Positions 9,551 to 18,154 are shown, counted from the first letter of the stretch. The stretch: DNA of 32,000 nucleotides from Candidatus Lokiarchaeum ossiferum (GCA_025839675.1 CP104013.1:2940001-2972000); one strand, 5' to 3'. The notes: generated by a model from the sequence alone, not told the origin. Numbers and translations: made by a program.

Positions 9551-9669
9551 GGTTATCCCTAAATATCTAAAGGTGGAACTTAGATATGATTATTATTGAT
9601 CTTCTCTTACTATATAATTTTCGGCAATCAGCAAAAAATCTTTAACGATGAAATTTCAAGTAAATACAT

Positions 9670-10158
9670 ATGGCAAAGAAAGATGGATTTGAGGAAGAAA
9701 GTAAAGATATGATGGATGATGAGTTACTTGATGACATCCCCGATGATATTTTATTAAATGAAGATTTGGATGATCCTTTGTTAGCAGAAGCAGAAGCCTT
9801 ATTGGGAATTGCCAAGCCAGGATCGAAACCAAAAAAAAACCTCACTCCGAAAAAAACTGAAGAGGATAAGAAATCGATTCAAACAGAACCCAAAATCTTG
9901 AAAAAAGCAGTTATAAGCAAGCAAACTATGAAAGAATTTACCATTTTTATTCTGAAAAAAGCAAAAATCTATGAAGAGATTGCTTTTGAAACGATTCTCC
10001 GAAAATTAAATCCAGCCTGGAATTTTACGGAACCAGTTCTCATTGATGTGTTAGAAGCGATTATCGAATCCAATACCGTGACGGCTATAAAGATGAAAAT
10101 GACGGCAAATTCTCTAAAATTTTATTCCGCCACCCATCCGAAAGATAAAAAGATCTAA
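9670..10158 (+). CDS. Hypothetical protein: acidic N-terminal tail with DDxLL repeats, Lys-rich linker, small C-terminal globular domain
   Basis: 162-aa ORF with an ATG start, divergent from the permease gene. No family recognised. The compositional domain structure is clear from the translation. Confidence 0.5.
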   Translation: MAKKDGFEEESKDMMDDELLDDIPDDILLNEDLDDPLLAEAEALLGIAKPGSKPKKNLTPKKTEEDKKSIQTEPKILKKAVISKQTMKEFTIFILKKAKIYEEIAFETILRKLNPAWNFTEPVLIDVLEAIIESNTVTAIKMKMTANSLKFYSATHPKDKKI

Positions 10159-10272
10159 GGGTAGAGTTTATGATCTATAATTTTTTAAGATAATATTTCG
10201 CTTTTAGATAAGGAAAATTGTTATATGGGGATACGAACAATCAAAATATAATATTAATCGAGTTGAAAACTA

Positions 10273-10785
10273 ATGGCAATGCTACACGACGAAGAACACA
10301 TTTGTAAACACTGTAATAAAAAAACCCCCCACATTCACCACTGCACTCCGGTTGAAGAAGCAAAACGATATACTTGCGGTTTTTGCGGGACTGAAAACAT
10401 AAATCACCGCCACATGTGCAAGGAAAAATTAAATAACATCAAATTTTATTGTGCTAATTGTGGAGCGGTGGGAGTAGAAGAAACGGACATCTGTAATCCT
10501 GTGCCAATTGATGCAGAACAACGAGAACAATGGGATAAAGTGGCATCAAAAACAGATACAGAAGTATTGGATTCTTGCCGAATTTGTGGTCAACCAGTTT
10601 CACCACCCGGTCATTTCTGTGATCCGAAATATCCGTATGTTTGCGAATATTGTGGTGTAAAAGTCGAGACGGGACACCATTTTTGTAAAGAAAAAGTAGG
10701 TAATTGTAAATATGACTGCAAAACTTGTGGTCGGATCGCTATTAAAGCGACAGATGTATGTGCTCCCTTTAAATTTAGAGATTAA
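10273..10785 (+). CDS. Cys/His-rich protein with six CxxC-x8-10-C zinc-knuckle/ribbon-like units
   Basis: 170 aa. Units: CKHCNKKTPHIHHC, CGFCGTENINHRHMC, CANCGAVGVEETDIC, CRICGQPVSPPGHFC, CEYCGVKVETGHHFC, CKTCGRIAIKATDVC. They are arranged as two triplets, each ending in a TD[IV]C unit. Confidence 0.65.
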   Translation: MAMLHDEEHICKHCNKKTPHIHHCTPVEEAKRYTCGFCGTENINHRHMCKEKLNNIKFYCANCGAVGVEETDICNPVPIDAEQREQWDKVASKTDTEVLDSCRICGQPVSPPGHFCDPKYPYVCEYCGVKVETGHHFCKEKVGNCKYDCKTCGRIAIKATDVCAPFKFRD

Positions 10786-10999
10786 TTGGAAAACGATCTC
10801 CCTTTTTTTCATCCTTTTCTCTAGCTGGAAACCTTTATATATTTGAAGTATACTAATAAAATTACGCAATAAGATACGGCTCTAGCTCAAGTACCACGGA
10901 ATTTCCAAATTCTTAATTCCAGAAATGTTGAAAATTCAGCCTACTCCTCCCCGTAGTCTATGCGATTTTACCATAAATTATTTCGAGTTGAACTTATAA

Positions 11000-12517
11000 A
11001 TGGACAATATGTTGATACTACAAATTATCATAGGGATTTGTTTCACAGGAATTGTAGTGACATTATTTTTAGAAAGTAAAGACTACCTTACCTACAGCTT
11101 ATTGTTTTTGTTCATTATTGGTATCAGCTCATACTTTTTAAACAAGGATTTGTTTACAGATCCTGATATTGCAGATAACATTATTTTAGCAATTGATTGG
11201 AATGTGATTGTTTTTTTAGTCTGTCTGTTTTCCATTGTGGAAATTCTAAATGATCAAAAAGTATTTCATGAAATTGCATTGAAAATAGTTAATCGATTTC
11301 ACAATCACCCAAGAAAGATGTTCTATGCTTTGAGTATTACCTCTACCTTTATAGCCACAATAATTGAGGATCTTAGTGTTGCGATTGTCTTTGTTCCGAT
11401 AGTCATCGAAGCATGCAAAAAAATGCGAATTGATCCAACACCATATTTATTTGGAGTGACAATTTGTATCAATCTGGCGAGCACTTTAACACCGTTTGGT
11501 TCCGCAGAAAATATAATCATTGCCAACCATTTTGGGTTATCCCTTCATTGGCATCTTATATATTTAGGGATATATTTTCTCGTAGGATTAGCGATTACTC
11601 TATTCTTTTTGGATATCTTTGTCTTGAAAGGTTATATAAAAAATTTTGAATATTCACAGAAAAGTGCGATTCCAGGATATTTTGATCCAAATGAAGATGT
11701 GGGAATGTCAGAGGTTCATGAAAACCCTCCAATGATCGATAAAATGTTGCATCGAGCTACACTACAGGACATAAAATTCAAATATCTGCAAGAAGGTCCT
11801 AAAGGAGGTGTTTTACAACAAGCGGAACTCATTCAAATTCCAGAAAGTGCTCATATTCTGGATATCAAAATTGAAAAAAGTGTTTTTCGCAAAAATATTG
11901 TTGGTTTGCTCATTTTTGTAGTGGTACTTGTCACAATCTCCAATATTATAATAGCTGGTGTGTTAGGACTTTTGTTGTTTTTATTTCTCAATCCTGTTGA
12001 AATTTTCCCCGGTAAACGTCCTGAGCCTTCTGTGTCAACCTATCTTCATAAAATTGATGCAAAACTCATATACTTCTTTATAATTTTATTCTTAACGGTA
12101 TTTTTTATGGGAAAAGCGGGATTAACAAATATTATTGAAAATTTGGTCGAATCTGTATCACATCACAATACTTTCGTACTCGCTATCGGGTTATTGATAA
12201 TAACATCCCTGCTTTCAGGGTTGCTTGATGATGCACCAATCACCATTTTATTTTTACCAATAATTCAAGACCTAATCAACACGGGATTGTACTCTGATAA
12301 TGCATTATTTATTGCTTTTACCTTAGGGATTAATTTAGGCGGAAATTTCTTACCCCAAGGAGCAGCTTGTGATATGATGACTTTAGAATTGGCGAGAAAG
12401 AACGGTGTAGAAAATTTCACTTATAAAAGTCTAACTATTGTGGGTGGATTATTTGCATTACTCCATATTCTCTTGGGAATCGGCTATATCTATATCTTTA
12501 CGGAATTAATTATTTAA
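11000..12517 (+). CDS. Ion-transporter-superfamily permease (ArsB/NhaD / CitMHS-like) with a central hydrophilic loop
   Basis: 505 aa with two hydrophobic halves separated by a ~90-aa soluble loop. Hairpin-like motifs TLTPFGSAENIIIA and GGNFLPQGAACDMM sit in the two halves, as in ArsB/NhaD-type anion/cation permeases. The family assignment is by eye only. Confidence 0.65.
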   Translation: MDNMLILQIIIGICFTGIVVTLFLESKDYLTYSLLFLFIIGISSYFLNKDLFTDPDIADNIILAIDWNVIVFLVCLFSIVEILNDQKVFHEIALKIVNRFHNHPRKMFYALSITSTFIATIIEDLSVAIVFVPIVIEACKKMRIDPTPYLFGVTICINLASTLTPFGSAENIIIANHFGLSLHWHLIYLGIYFLVGLAITLFFLDIFVLKGYIKNFEYSQKSAIPGYFDPNEDVGMSEVHENPPMIDKMLHRATLQDIKFKYLQEGPKGGVLQQAELIQIPESAHILDIKIEKSVFRKNIVGLLIFVVVLVTISNIIIAGVLGLLLFLFLNPVEIFPGKRPEPSVSTYLHKIDAKLIYFFIILFLTVFFMGKAGLTNIIENLVESVSHHNTFVLAIGLLIITSLLSGLLDDAPITILFLPIIQDLINTGLYSDNALFIAFTLGINLGGNFLPQGAACDMMTLELARKNGVENFTYKSLTIVGGLFALLHILLGIGYIYIFTELII

Positions 12518-12629
12518 TATTATAATCTTTAGAGATATTGCCTCAAAAATATATTGGAGTAAATTTTAAACCCTAATGCATAGATGAGAAACGATTTTTA
12601 GGCTCAGATACCCTGAGTAGTTATCTTCA

Positions 12630-12652
12630 TTCGAGGTTTCTTTCGAGGTTTC
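12630..12652 (+). repeat. Tandem direct repeat TTCGAGGTTTC x2 (12-nt period)
   Basis: Copies at 12630-12640 and 12642-12652, read directly, in the intergenic region upstream of the 471-aa ORF. Confidence 0.8.
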
Positions 12653-12695
12653 GTCGGACTTCCTTCGATATGTATCATCATCGCCATAATGGTAA

Positions 12696-14111
12696 GTGAT
12701 TCTAATCATATCATTTTTTCGATTTCTGGTAGAAAATATTCGAAAGAAAAAGTTGAATATACAAAGTGAAATGAATCTATTAATGGAAAATTTTTGGGAC
12801 TTTGCGAAGTATATAGAATTAAAATATAGATATGATACAACTCCAATGTATCGATCATTACTATCTATCGCAAATGGATTGAATTCACCATTTTTTGAGG
12901 GGAAAAAATTAAATCCTCAACAATTAATAACTAATTCCTTTGATTCCCCCACTACTCAAAAAGGGATCTCAGCTTTTTTTGATTCACCCCAAAAAAAAGA
13001 ATTTCGAGAGTGCTCTCAAGAATCGCTCATTTCTATTGGTTATTATGAACCATACACAAAATCGGCTCTTGATGAAGGTCAAAAACCCATTTTTGGACAT
13101 AAAATGATTATTCAATTTCATTTAGCAATCAGACATATAAAGTTGGGTTATAATATAATTAATCTAGAAGATGAATCCTTGATCGAGAAGATGCCAAAAT
13201 TACTATTATTCGTTTCTTCTACTATCTTAAGTAAAGCTGTGCAACTCAACTTGATTGAATATGTTAGGAAGGGAGGTCATTTATGCATTTTTGGAGATTT
13301 TCCAGTATGTGATGAACAACACCAAACCTATTCCTTAATAAAAGACGAGTACTCTAAAACCCAAAATAGTGGAAAAATCAAATATTTTAAAGGAAATCCC
13401 CTTACTTGTCGTAGAGGTATTCGATATTATCTCGAAGAATTTTCTTTGAAATATAAAAATCAAATATCTCGGCTCAGAATACCAAAAATTTTCTCACCTA
13501 TTAAGGAAAATCTTTCTTTTTCTAAAATTTCTGCAAATATCCTAAGAAAATTTAATCCAACAGAACTTCAAGGCGATAGTCTCAAATCGATCCACCTTCT
13601 CTTACGATTTCTTCAAAAACAAGGGATCACACGTAAAATTGATGTGTCAGTAAGAACAGAGTATATTTTCCGCCACAAAATTGAAGTCTTTGTTTATACC
13701 CATCCTGATAAGGATCTTCTCTACCTTTTTATTTTTAGCAGAGATACTAGCTGGACTCTACCCGTTTCGATTCACCTTTATATCCCAGAGCGTTCTTTTA
13801 GCTTGCGTGTCCGCACAAATATACTTGGACATACTTCACAAGTTCTCCGTATTGAAAATGGTGAATTGAATAATTTCATCTATACTGGGATAAATCCTAT
13901 TTTGCATACCAAAGCTCGGTTATATTTAAAAGTCAATAAAGATACGATTAAAACTTCTGATCCAGTTGATATCATTTATATTCGGAAAGAAAATAGTGCA
14001 GAGATTTATGCGGGCCATGGTAATTTTAAATATAACAAAAAAATATTCTTGAAAGGATTACAAGACCAACCCATTGTGGTTAAAAAAGGGGCTCACAAAA
14101 TTTCTTTTTAG
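12696..14111 (+). CDS. Hypothetical protein; central segment reminiscent of the GH42 beta-galactosidase trimerisation (class-I GATase-like) domain
   Basis: Long ORF with no overlapping alternative. KLLLFVSSTILSKAVQLNLIEYVRKGGHLCIFGDFP resembles the Glyco_hydro_42M pattern, but there is no room for a TIM-barrel catalytic domain. The track start is GTG 12696. The first ATG (MNLLMENFWDF) is at 12771. Confidence 0.5.
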   Translation: MILIISFFRFLVENIRKKKLNIQSEMNLLMENFWDFAKYIELKYRYDTTPMYRSLLSIANGLNSPFFEGKKLNPQQLITNSFDSPTTQKGISAFFDSPQKKEFRECSQESLISIGYYEPYTKSALDEGQKPIFGHKMIIQFHLAIRHIKLGYNIINLEDESLIEKMPKLLLFVSSTILSKAVQLNLIEYVRKGGHLCIFGDFPVCDEQHQTYSLIKDEYSKTQNSGKIKYFKGNPLTCRRGIRYYLEEFSLKYKNQISRLRIPKIFSPIKENLSFSKISANILRKFNPTELQGDSLKSIHLLLRFLQKQGITRKIDVSVRTEYIFRHKIEVFVYTHPDKDLLYLFIFSRDTSWTLPVSIHLYIPERSFSLRVRTNILGHTSQVLRIENGELNNFIYTGINPILHTKARLYLKVNKDTIKTSDPVDIIYIRKENSAEIYAGHGNFKYNKKIFLKGLQDQPIVVKKGAHKISF

Positions 14112-14265
14112 TATCTCTTTTGATCCTTTTCGATCGCTTTTTTTTGAAAGATTGGGGAAATCCTAAATCGATCAATTCACGATGGTGGGTTGGGATAAGC
14201 TTATAAATATGAAGATGACATTTTCGATCATATTGATTTTGTCGATGGATAAAATTAGAAGATGA

Positions 14266-15219
14266 ATGATAATGGTTACAATAGCAGATGGAAGATATTC
14301 TCTTCCCAGTTCTTACCTTTATTCCAAAACCCAGCATGTTTTCTTGGATAAAGTGAAAAAAATTTGTGGTTTAGATCAAATCGGCTATGCTTTTCTTAAA
14401 AAGCCAACAGAAATGCAAATACTAGTTGATAAGGAAGTAAAGGTGGGAGAACCCTTTGTTGCAATAACAACGGATAGAGGGATTTCAACCTTAAATTCAC
14501 CCTGTTCGGGCATATTGAAGACAAAGCATGATGATGCTTTGGAAAAAATGGAAAATGATACCTATGAATATGGTATTCTTGAGTTTGAAGAAATAACTGA
14601 AATTGATACTGCATTAATTACTGGAGCAGACATTGAACCTTGGGCTAATCATGAGGTGCGGTCATTATTAAAAAATGAATATAGCTTCAAGGTAATTTTA
14701 ACCGGAGATTCAGCAGTTGGAAAGACGGCCATTAAAGTCCGCTTTACAGATGACTATTTTAAACAAGACTTAAAGACAACTTTGGGAGTCGATTTTGGTT
14801 CAAAAGAATTGAAGTGCGAATATTTAACAGAAGATATTCTATTTTCTGGGGTGTATAGATTTACTTCAAAAATGAACGTGTGGGATGCTGCAGGGCAAAG
14901 TCATTATGACAAAATTCGAGGCATGTACTACCGAGATGCTAAAGGAGCACTTCTGGTGTATGATGTGAACAATCCTGTATCATTTGATAATTTAGATAAA
15001 TGGATTGAAGAATTAGATGAAAATTTGGGGCATGTGCCTACTTTACTCATTGGGAATAAAACAGATTTGGAGAGATTGGTACCACTTGAAAAAGCCTTGG
15101 AATTTGCGAAAAACCATGGTTTTCTTTATGCAGAATGTTCAGCAAAAACGGGTGATAAAGTTGAGAATGTTTTTCGGAAGTTAGCCATAGAAATCTACAA
15201 AAAAGAAGAAAATTTGTAA
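14266..15219 (+). CDS. Rab/Ras-like small GTPase fused to an N-terminal GcvH-like (single hybrid motif) domain
   Basis: GTPase part (aa ~141-317): GDSAVGKT (G1), TLGVDF (switch I), WDAAGQ (G3), YYRDAKGALLVYDV, GNKTDL (G4), CSAKTG (G5). There is no C-terminal Cys. The N-terminal aa ~17-125 match glycine-cleavage H protein motif by motif (see finding). Confidence 0.85.
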   Translation: MIMVTIADGRYSLPSSYLYSKTQHVFLDKVKKICGLDQIGYAFLKKPTEMQILVDKEVKVGEPFVAITTDRGISTLNSPCSGILKTKHDDALEKMENDTYEYGILEFEEITEIDTALITGADIEPWANHEVRSLLKNEYSFKVILTGDSAVGKTAIKVRFTDDYFKQDLKTTLGVDFGSKELKCEYLTEDILFSGVYRFTSKMNVWDAAGQSHYDKIRGMYYRDAKGALLVYDVNNPVSFDNLDKWIEELDENLGHVPTLLIGNKTDLERLVPLEKALEFAKNHGFLYAECSAKTGDKVENVFRKLAIEIYKKEENL

Positions 15220-15232
15220 ATTTGAGGCTTCG

Positions 15233-15241
15233 TTTTTTTTT
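15233..15241 (+). terminator. Oligo-T tract (T9) downstream of the Rab-like GTPase gene
   Basis: T9 lies 14 nt after the stop codon. Archaeal termination typically uses oligo-T runs. It sits in a 36-bp convergent gap. Confidence 0.4.
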
Positions 15242-15255
15242 CTATGCTTTATTTT

Positions 15256-15735
15256 CTATATCGCTTTAATGTGTACCAAGTATTTATATAAAAGAGTGTT
15301 TAAATCAGGCTCAATTGATTCGTAAATAGACTTATTTGATCGATTGTGGAGAATTTGATCATGAAATTTAGTATAGAAGAGATCTAATCCCGTTTCATAG
15401 AAAGTTGAAATGTGATCTTTTATAATATTTGGTCGAAACATCATTGTCAGAATTAATCCATGTTTCGCAACAATATTCATCTCAATGTTCAAACCTTCGA
15501 TTAGGATACGTTGGATTTTTCCAACATTTTCTTCCCCAAATACATTTAACGCAGCTATGAAATTACTCATCAAAGGAATTTTTATATCAAAATCATCTGT
15601 AAAGGATTTTGAATATAAAATGTCACCGCCTTCACGTGCAATAAATATTCCAATTATGTATTTTTTCAATATTTTATGAAATTTAGAATTTTCAGATAGA
15701 TTTGTCATTGAAGATGAACATGTCGATTTATCCAT
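15256..15735 (-). CDS. Longin-like domain protein, paralog 1
   Basis: 159 aa with an ATG start. The hydrophobic pattern predicts beta-beta-alpha-beta-beta-beta-alpha-alpha. The N-terminal IIGIFIAREGGDILYSKSF resembles longin openings (cf. VAMP7 ILFAVVARGTTILAKH). 99/141 aligned residues are identical to the 17672..18154 protein (hand count). Confidence 0.7.
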   Translation of the reverse strand: MDKSTCSSSMTNLSENSKFHKILKKYIIGIFIAREGGDILYSKSFTDDFDIKIPLMSNFIAALNVFGEENVGKIQRILIEGLNIEMNIVAKHGLILTMMFRPNIIKDHISTFYETGLDLFYTKFHDQILHNRSNKSIYESIEPDLNTLLYKYLVHIKAI

Positions 15736-15880
15736 TCAAAACACTTTTACTATTAGGTATGATAAGCAATATTATAAAAATATCCATTTTTGAAAAGTAA
15801 CTCACAAATATAGGACGAAATCACATAATATGATATTGTTAATATTCTTTATAATACCGATAAGAAAAAACCCAAAAAAA

Positions 15881-17509
15881 TCACGAAAGATAACTTCGTT
15901 TCCAATCATCAATTCGGACCAAATTTGTCTTAATAGTCCGCGGACTTAACCATCGCAAGATATTGAGCTTAGAGCCTGCTTTATCATTGGTACCTGATGC
16001 ACGAGCTCCCCCAAAGGGTTGTCTGCCGACAATAGCACCAGTAGGTTTATCATTAATGTAAAAATTACCTGCGGCATATCTTAACACTTTCTTACTTAGA
16101 GCAATTGCTTCAATATCCGTTGCAAAAATAGCTCCAGTTAGAGCATATGGAGAAGTTGCATCGCATATATGAAGGATCTGCTCAAATTCGTTTTCAGGAT
16201 ATACATAAACCGTAACAATTGGACCAAATATTTCTTCTTCCATCAATCGAGCTCGCGAATCTTTGGCTAGAATAACAGTTGGGTCAATGAACCAGCCTTT
16301 TGTCTCATCAATCTCTCCTCCTGTAATTATTTCATAAGATTCAGGATGATTTTTCGCATAGTTTAAATACTCAACAATTTTTCTAAAGGATTTTTCATCA
16401 ATGATAGAACCACCGGCTACTTCCAAGGAGGAAACGTCCCCATATTTGAAATTTGGGAGGGTTTCCAAAATTATTTGCTTGTAAGAAGACCATTGATTCT
16501 CTGGAATATAGACTCGGGAGGCTGCAGAACATTTCTGTCCCTGATACTCAAAACTCCCACGTATTATATTCATAGCAGTATGTTGTAGTGGGGCAGATTG
16601 ATGAACCATAATAAAATCTTTCCCACCAGTTTCTCCGACAATACGTGGAAAATTTCTGTAACTCCGCAAATTTAACCCGACTTGTTGCCAAATTTTGATC
16701 AAAGTATCATAACTTCCAGTGAAATGGATTCCTGCGAGATTGGGATTATTTATGACAATTCCAGCATCTTGGCTATCAAACGGAACAAAATTAATAACAC
16801 CTGGAGGCAATCCAGATTCCAATAAGACTTCCATGATCTTATAATTGGCAAAAATCACACTTCGAGCAGGTTTCCACAATACCACATTTCCTGCTACAGC
16901 AGGTGCTGCCGCAAGATTGCCACCTATTGAATAAAAATTGAAGGGTGGAATAGCCAGAATAAATCCTTCAAGAGGACGCCATTCAAATTCATTTTCTTCC
17001 CCAACATAACTTTTAGGTTGAATTGCAAACAATTCTTCAAGATATTTGGAGTTATAATTAAGAAAATCAATCATTTCAGCTAAATCAATTTCTGCTTCAT
17101 AGGGAGTTTTGGATTGGTTTAACATTATAGCAGCAATATTTTCAATTCGTTTTGGTCCAGCAAGGAGTTCAGCCGCTTTACGAAATATATTCACACGATC
17201 ACATGCATCTAATTCTGACCATTGTTCGTGGGCATCTAATGCTGACGAAATTGCATCTTTCAAGTGTTCTTTAGTTGCTAAATGAGCCTTAGCAAGGATT
17301 TGAGAGTGATCATGAGGAGAAACAATATCAATCACTTTTGAAGACCGTATTTTTTTCCCATTGATAATTAGCGGAATTTCTTCAACATGGTTTTTCATAC
17401 GTTCGAGTTCTTTAAGGAGCATTGAGCGCTCTTTGGAATTTTTTTTATAAGTTGGGATTTGATCAACATCATTTTCTACTATTTGGGGTACACATTCCAT
17501 ACAAAACAC
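15881..17509 (-). CDS. 1-pyrroline-5-carboxylate (L-glutamate gamma-semialdehyde) dehydrogenase, ALDH4-like
   Basis: ALDH superfamily. PLEGFILAIPPFNFYSIGGNLAAAPAVAGNVVLWKP and FEYQGQKCSAASRVYIP closely mirror ALDH4A1/P5CDH motifs as I recall them, and VGETGGKDF carries the catalytic Glu region. The track start is GTG 17509. The likelier start is ATG 17500, with GAGGTG 7 nt upstream. Confidence 0.85.
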   Translation of the reverse strand: MFCMECVPQIVENDVDQIPTYKKNSKERSMLLKELERMKNHVEEIPLIINGKKIRSSKVIDIVSPHDHSQILAKAHLATKEHLKDAISSALDAHEQWSELDACDRVNIFRKAAELLAGPKRIENIAAIMLNQSKTPYEAEIDLAEMIDFLNYNSKYLEELFAIQPKSYVGEENEFEWRPLEGFILAIPPFNFYSIGGNLAAAPAVAGNVVLWKPARSVIFANYKIMEVLLESGLPPGVINFVPFDSQDAGIVINNPNLAGIHFTGSYDTLIKIWQQVGLNLRSYRNFPRIVGETGGKDFIMVHQSAPLQHTAMNIIRGSFEYQGQKCSAASRVYIPENQWSSYKQIILETLPNFKYGDVSSLEVAGGSIIDEKSFRKIVEYLNYAKNHPESYEIITGGEIDETKGWFIDPTVILAKDSRARLMEEEIFGPIVTVYVYPENEFEQILHICDATSPYALTGAIFATDIEAIALSKKVLRYAAGNFYINDKPTGAIVGRQPFGGARASGTNDKAGSKLNILRWLSPRTIKTNLVRIDDWKRSYLS

Positions 17510-17671
17510 CTCTAATTTTGGAATTTTTCTATATCAAGGACTTAATGTAAAACGAGTAATCTGACTAGTAAAAACTATCAAATCAATATTAAACAAACCC
17601 ATTGCAATAATAAGAAGAATAGGGGATTTGTAAACAAAAAGAAAGAATTATGGAATAAAAAGTAATATCAA

Positions 17672-18154
17672 TTAAAGAGCTTCAATATGCACAAGATATT
17701 CAAATAATAACTCGAACATTTTTGGGTCAAATTGCTCATAAATTGTCTGATTAGTCCGGTTTTGGGCGATTTGTTCTTTAAACTCATCATAAAACATATC
17801 CAATCCAATTTCATAATATTTTGAGATATGATCTTTGACCATATGAGGACGAAACATCATTGTTAGAACCAAGCCATGCTTCGCAACAATATTCATTTCA
17901 ATATCTAAACCTTCTATTAAAATACGCTTGATTTTACCGACATTTTCTTCCCCAAATACATTTAGAGCGGCGATAAAATTACTCATTAAAGGAAGTTTTA
18001 ATCCATCTTGAAATGATTTGGAATACAAAATATCCCCTCCATCTCGAGCTACAAATATTCCCACAAGATACTTTTCCAAAATTTTTTGAAATTTCACATT
18101 TATTGGAACGTAGGGATGATGCGAGGACAGAAAAGAAGTTTTTGTATTTTCCAT
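17672..18154 (-). CDS. Longin-like domain protein, paralog 2
   Basis: Paralog of 15256..15735. The track start at 18190 is a TTG inside a palindromic repeat. I prefer ATG 18154-18152, which is preceded by AGGTGAT (good anti-16S match) 5 nt upstream. Confidence 0.7.
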   Translation of the reverse strand: MENTKTSFLSSHHPYVPINVKFQKILEKYLVGIFVARDGGDILYSKSFQDGLKLPLMSNFIAALNVFGEENVGKIKRILIEGLDIEMNIVAKHGLVLTMMFRPHMVKDHISKYYEIGLDMFYDEFKEQIAQNRTNQTIYEQFDPKMFELLFEYLVHIEAL

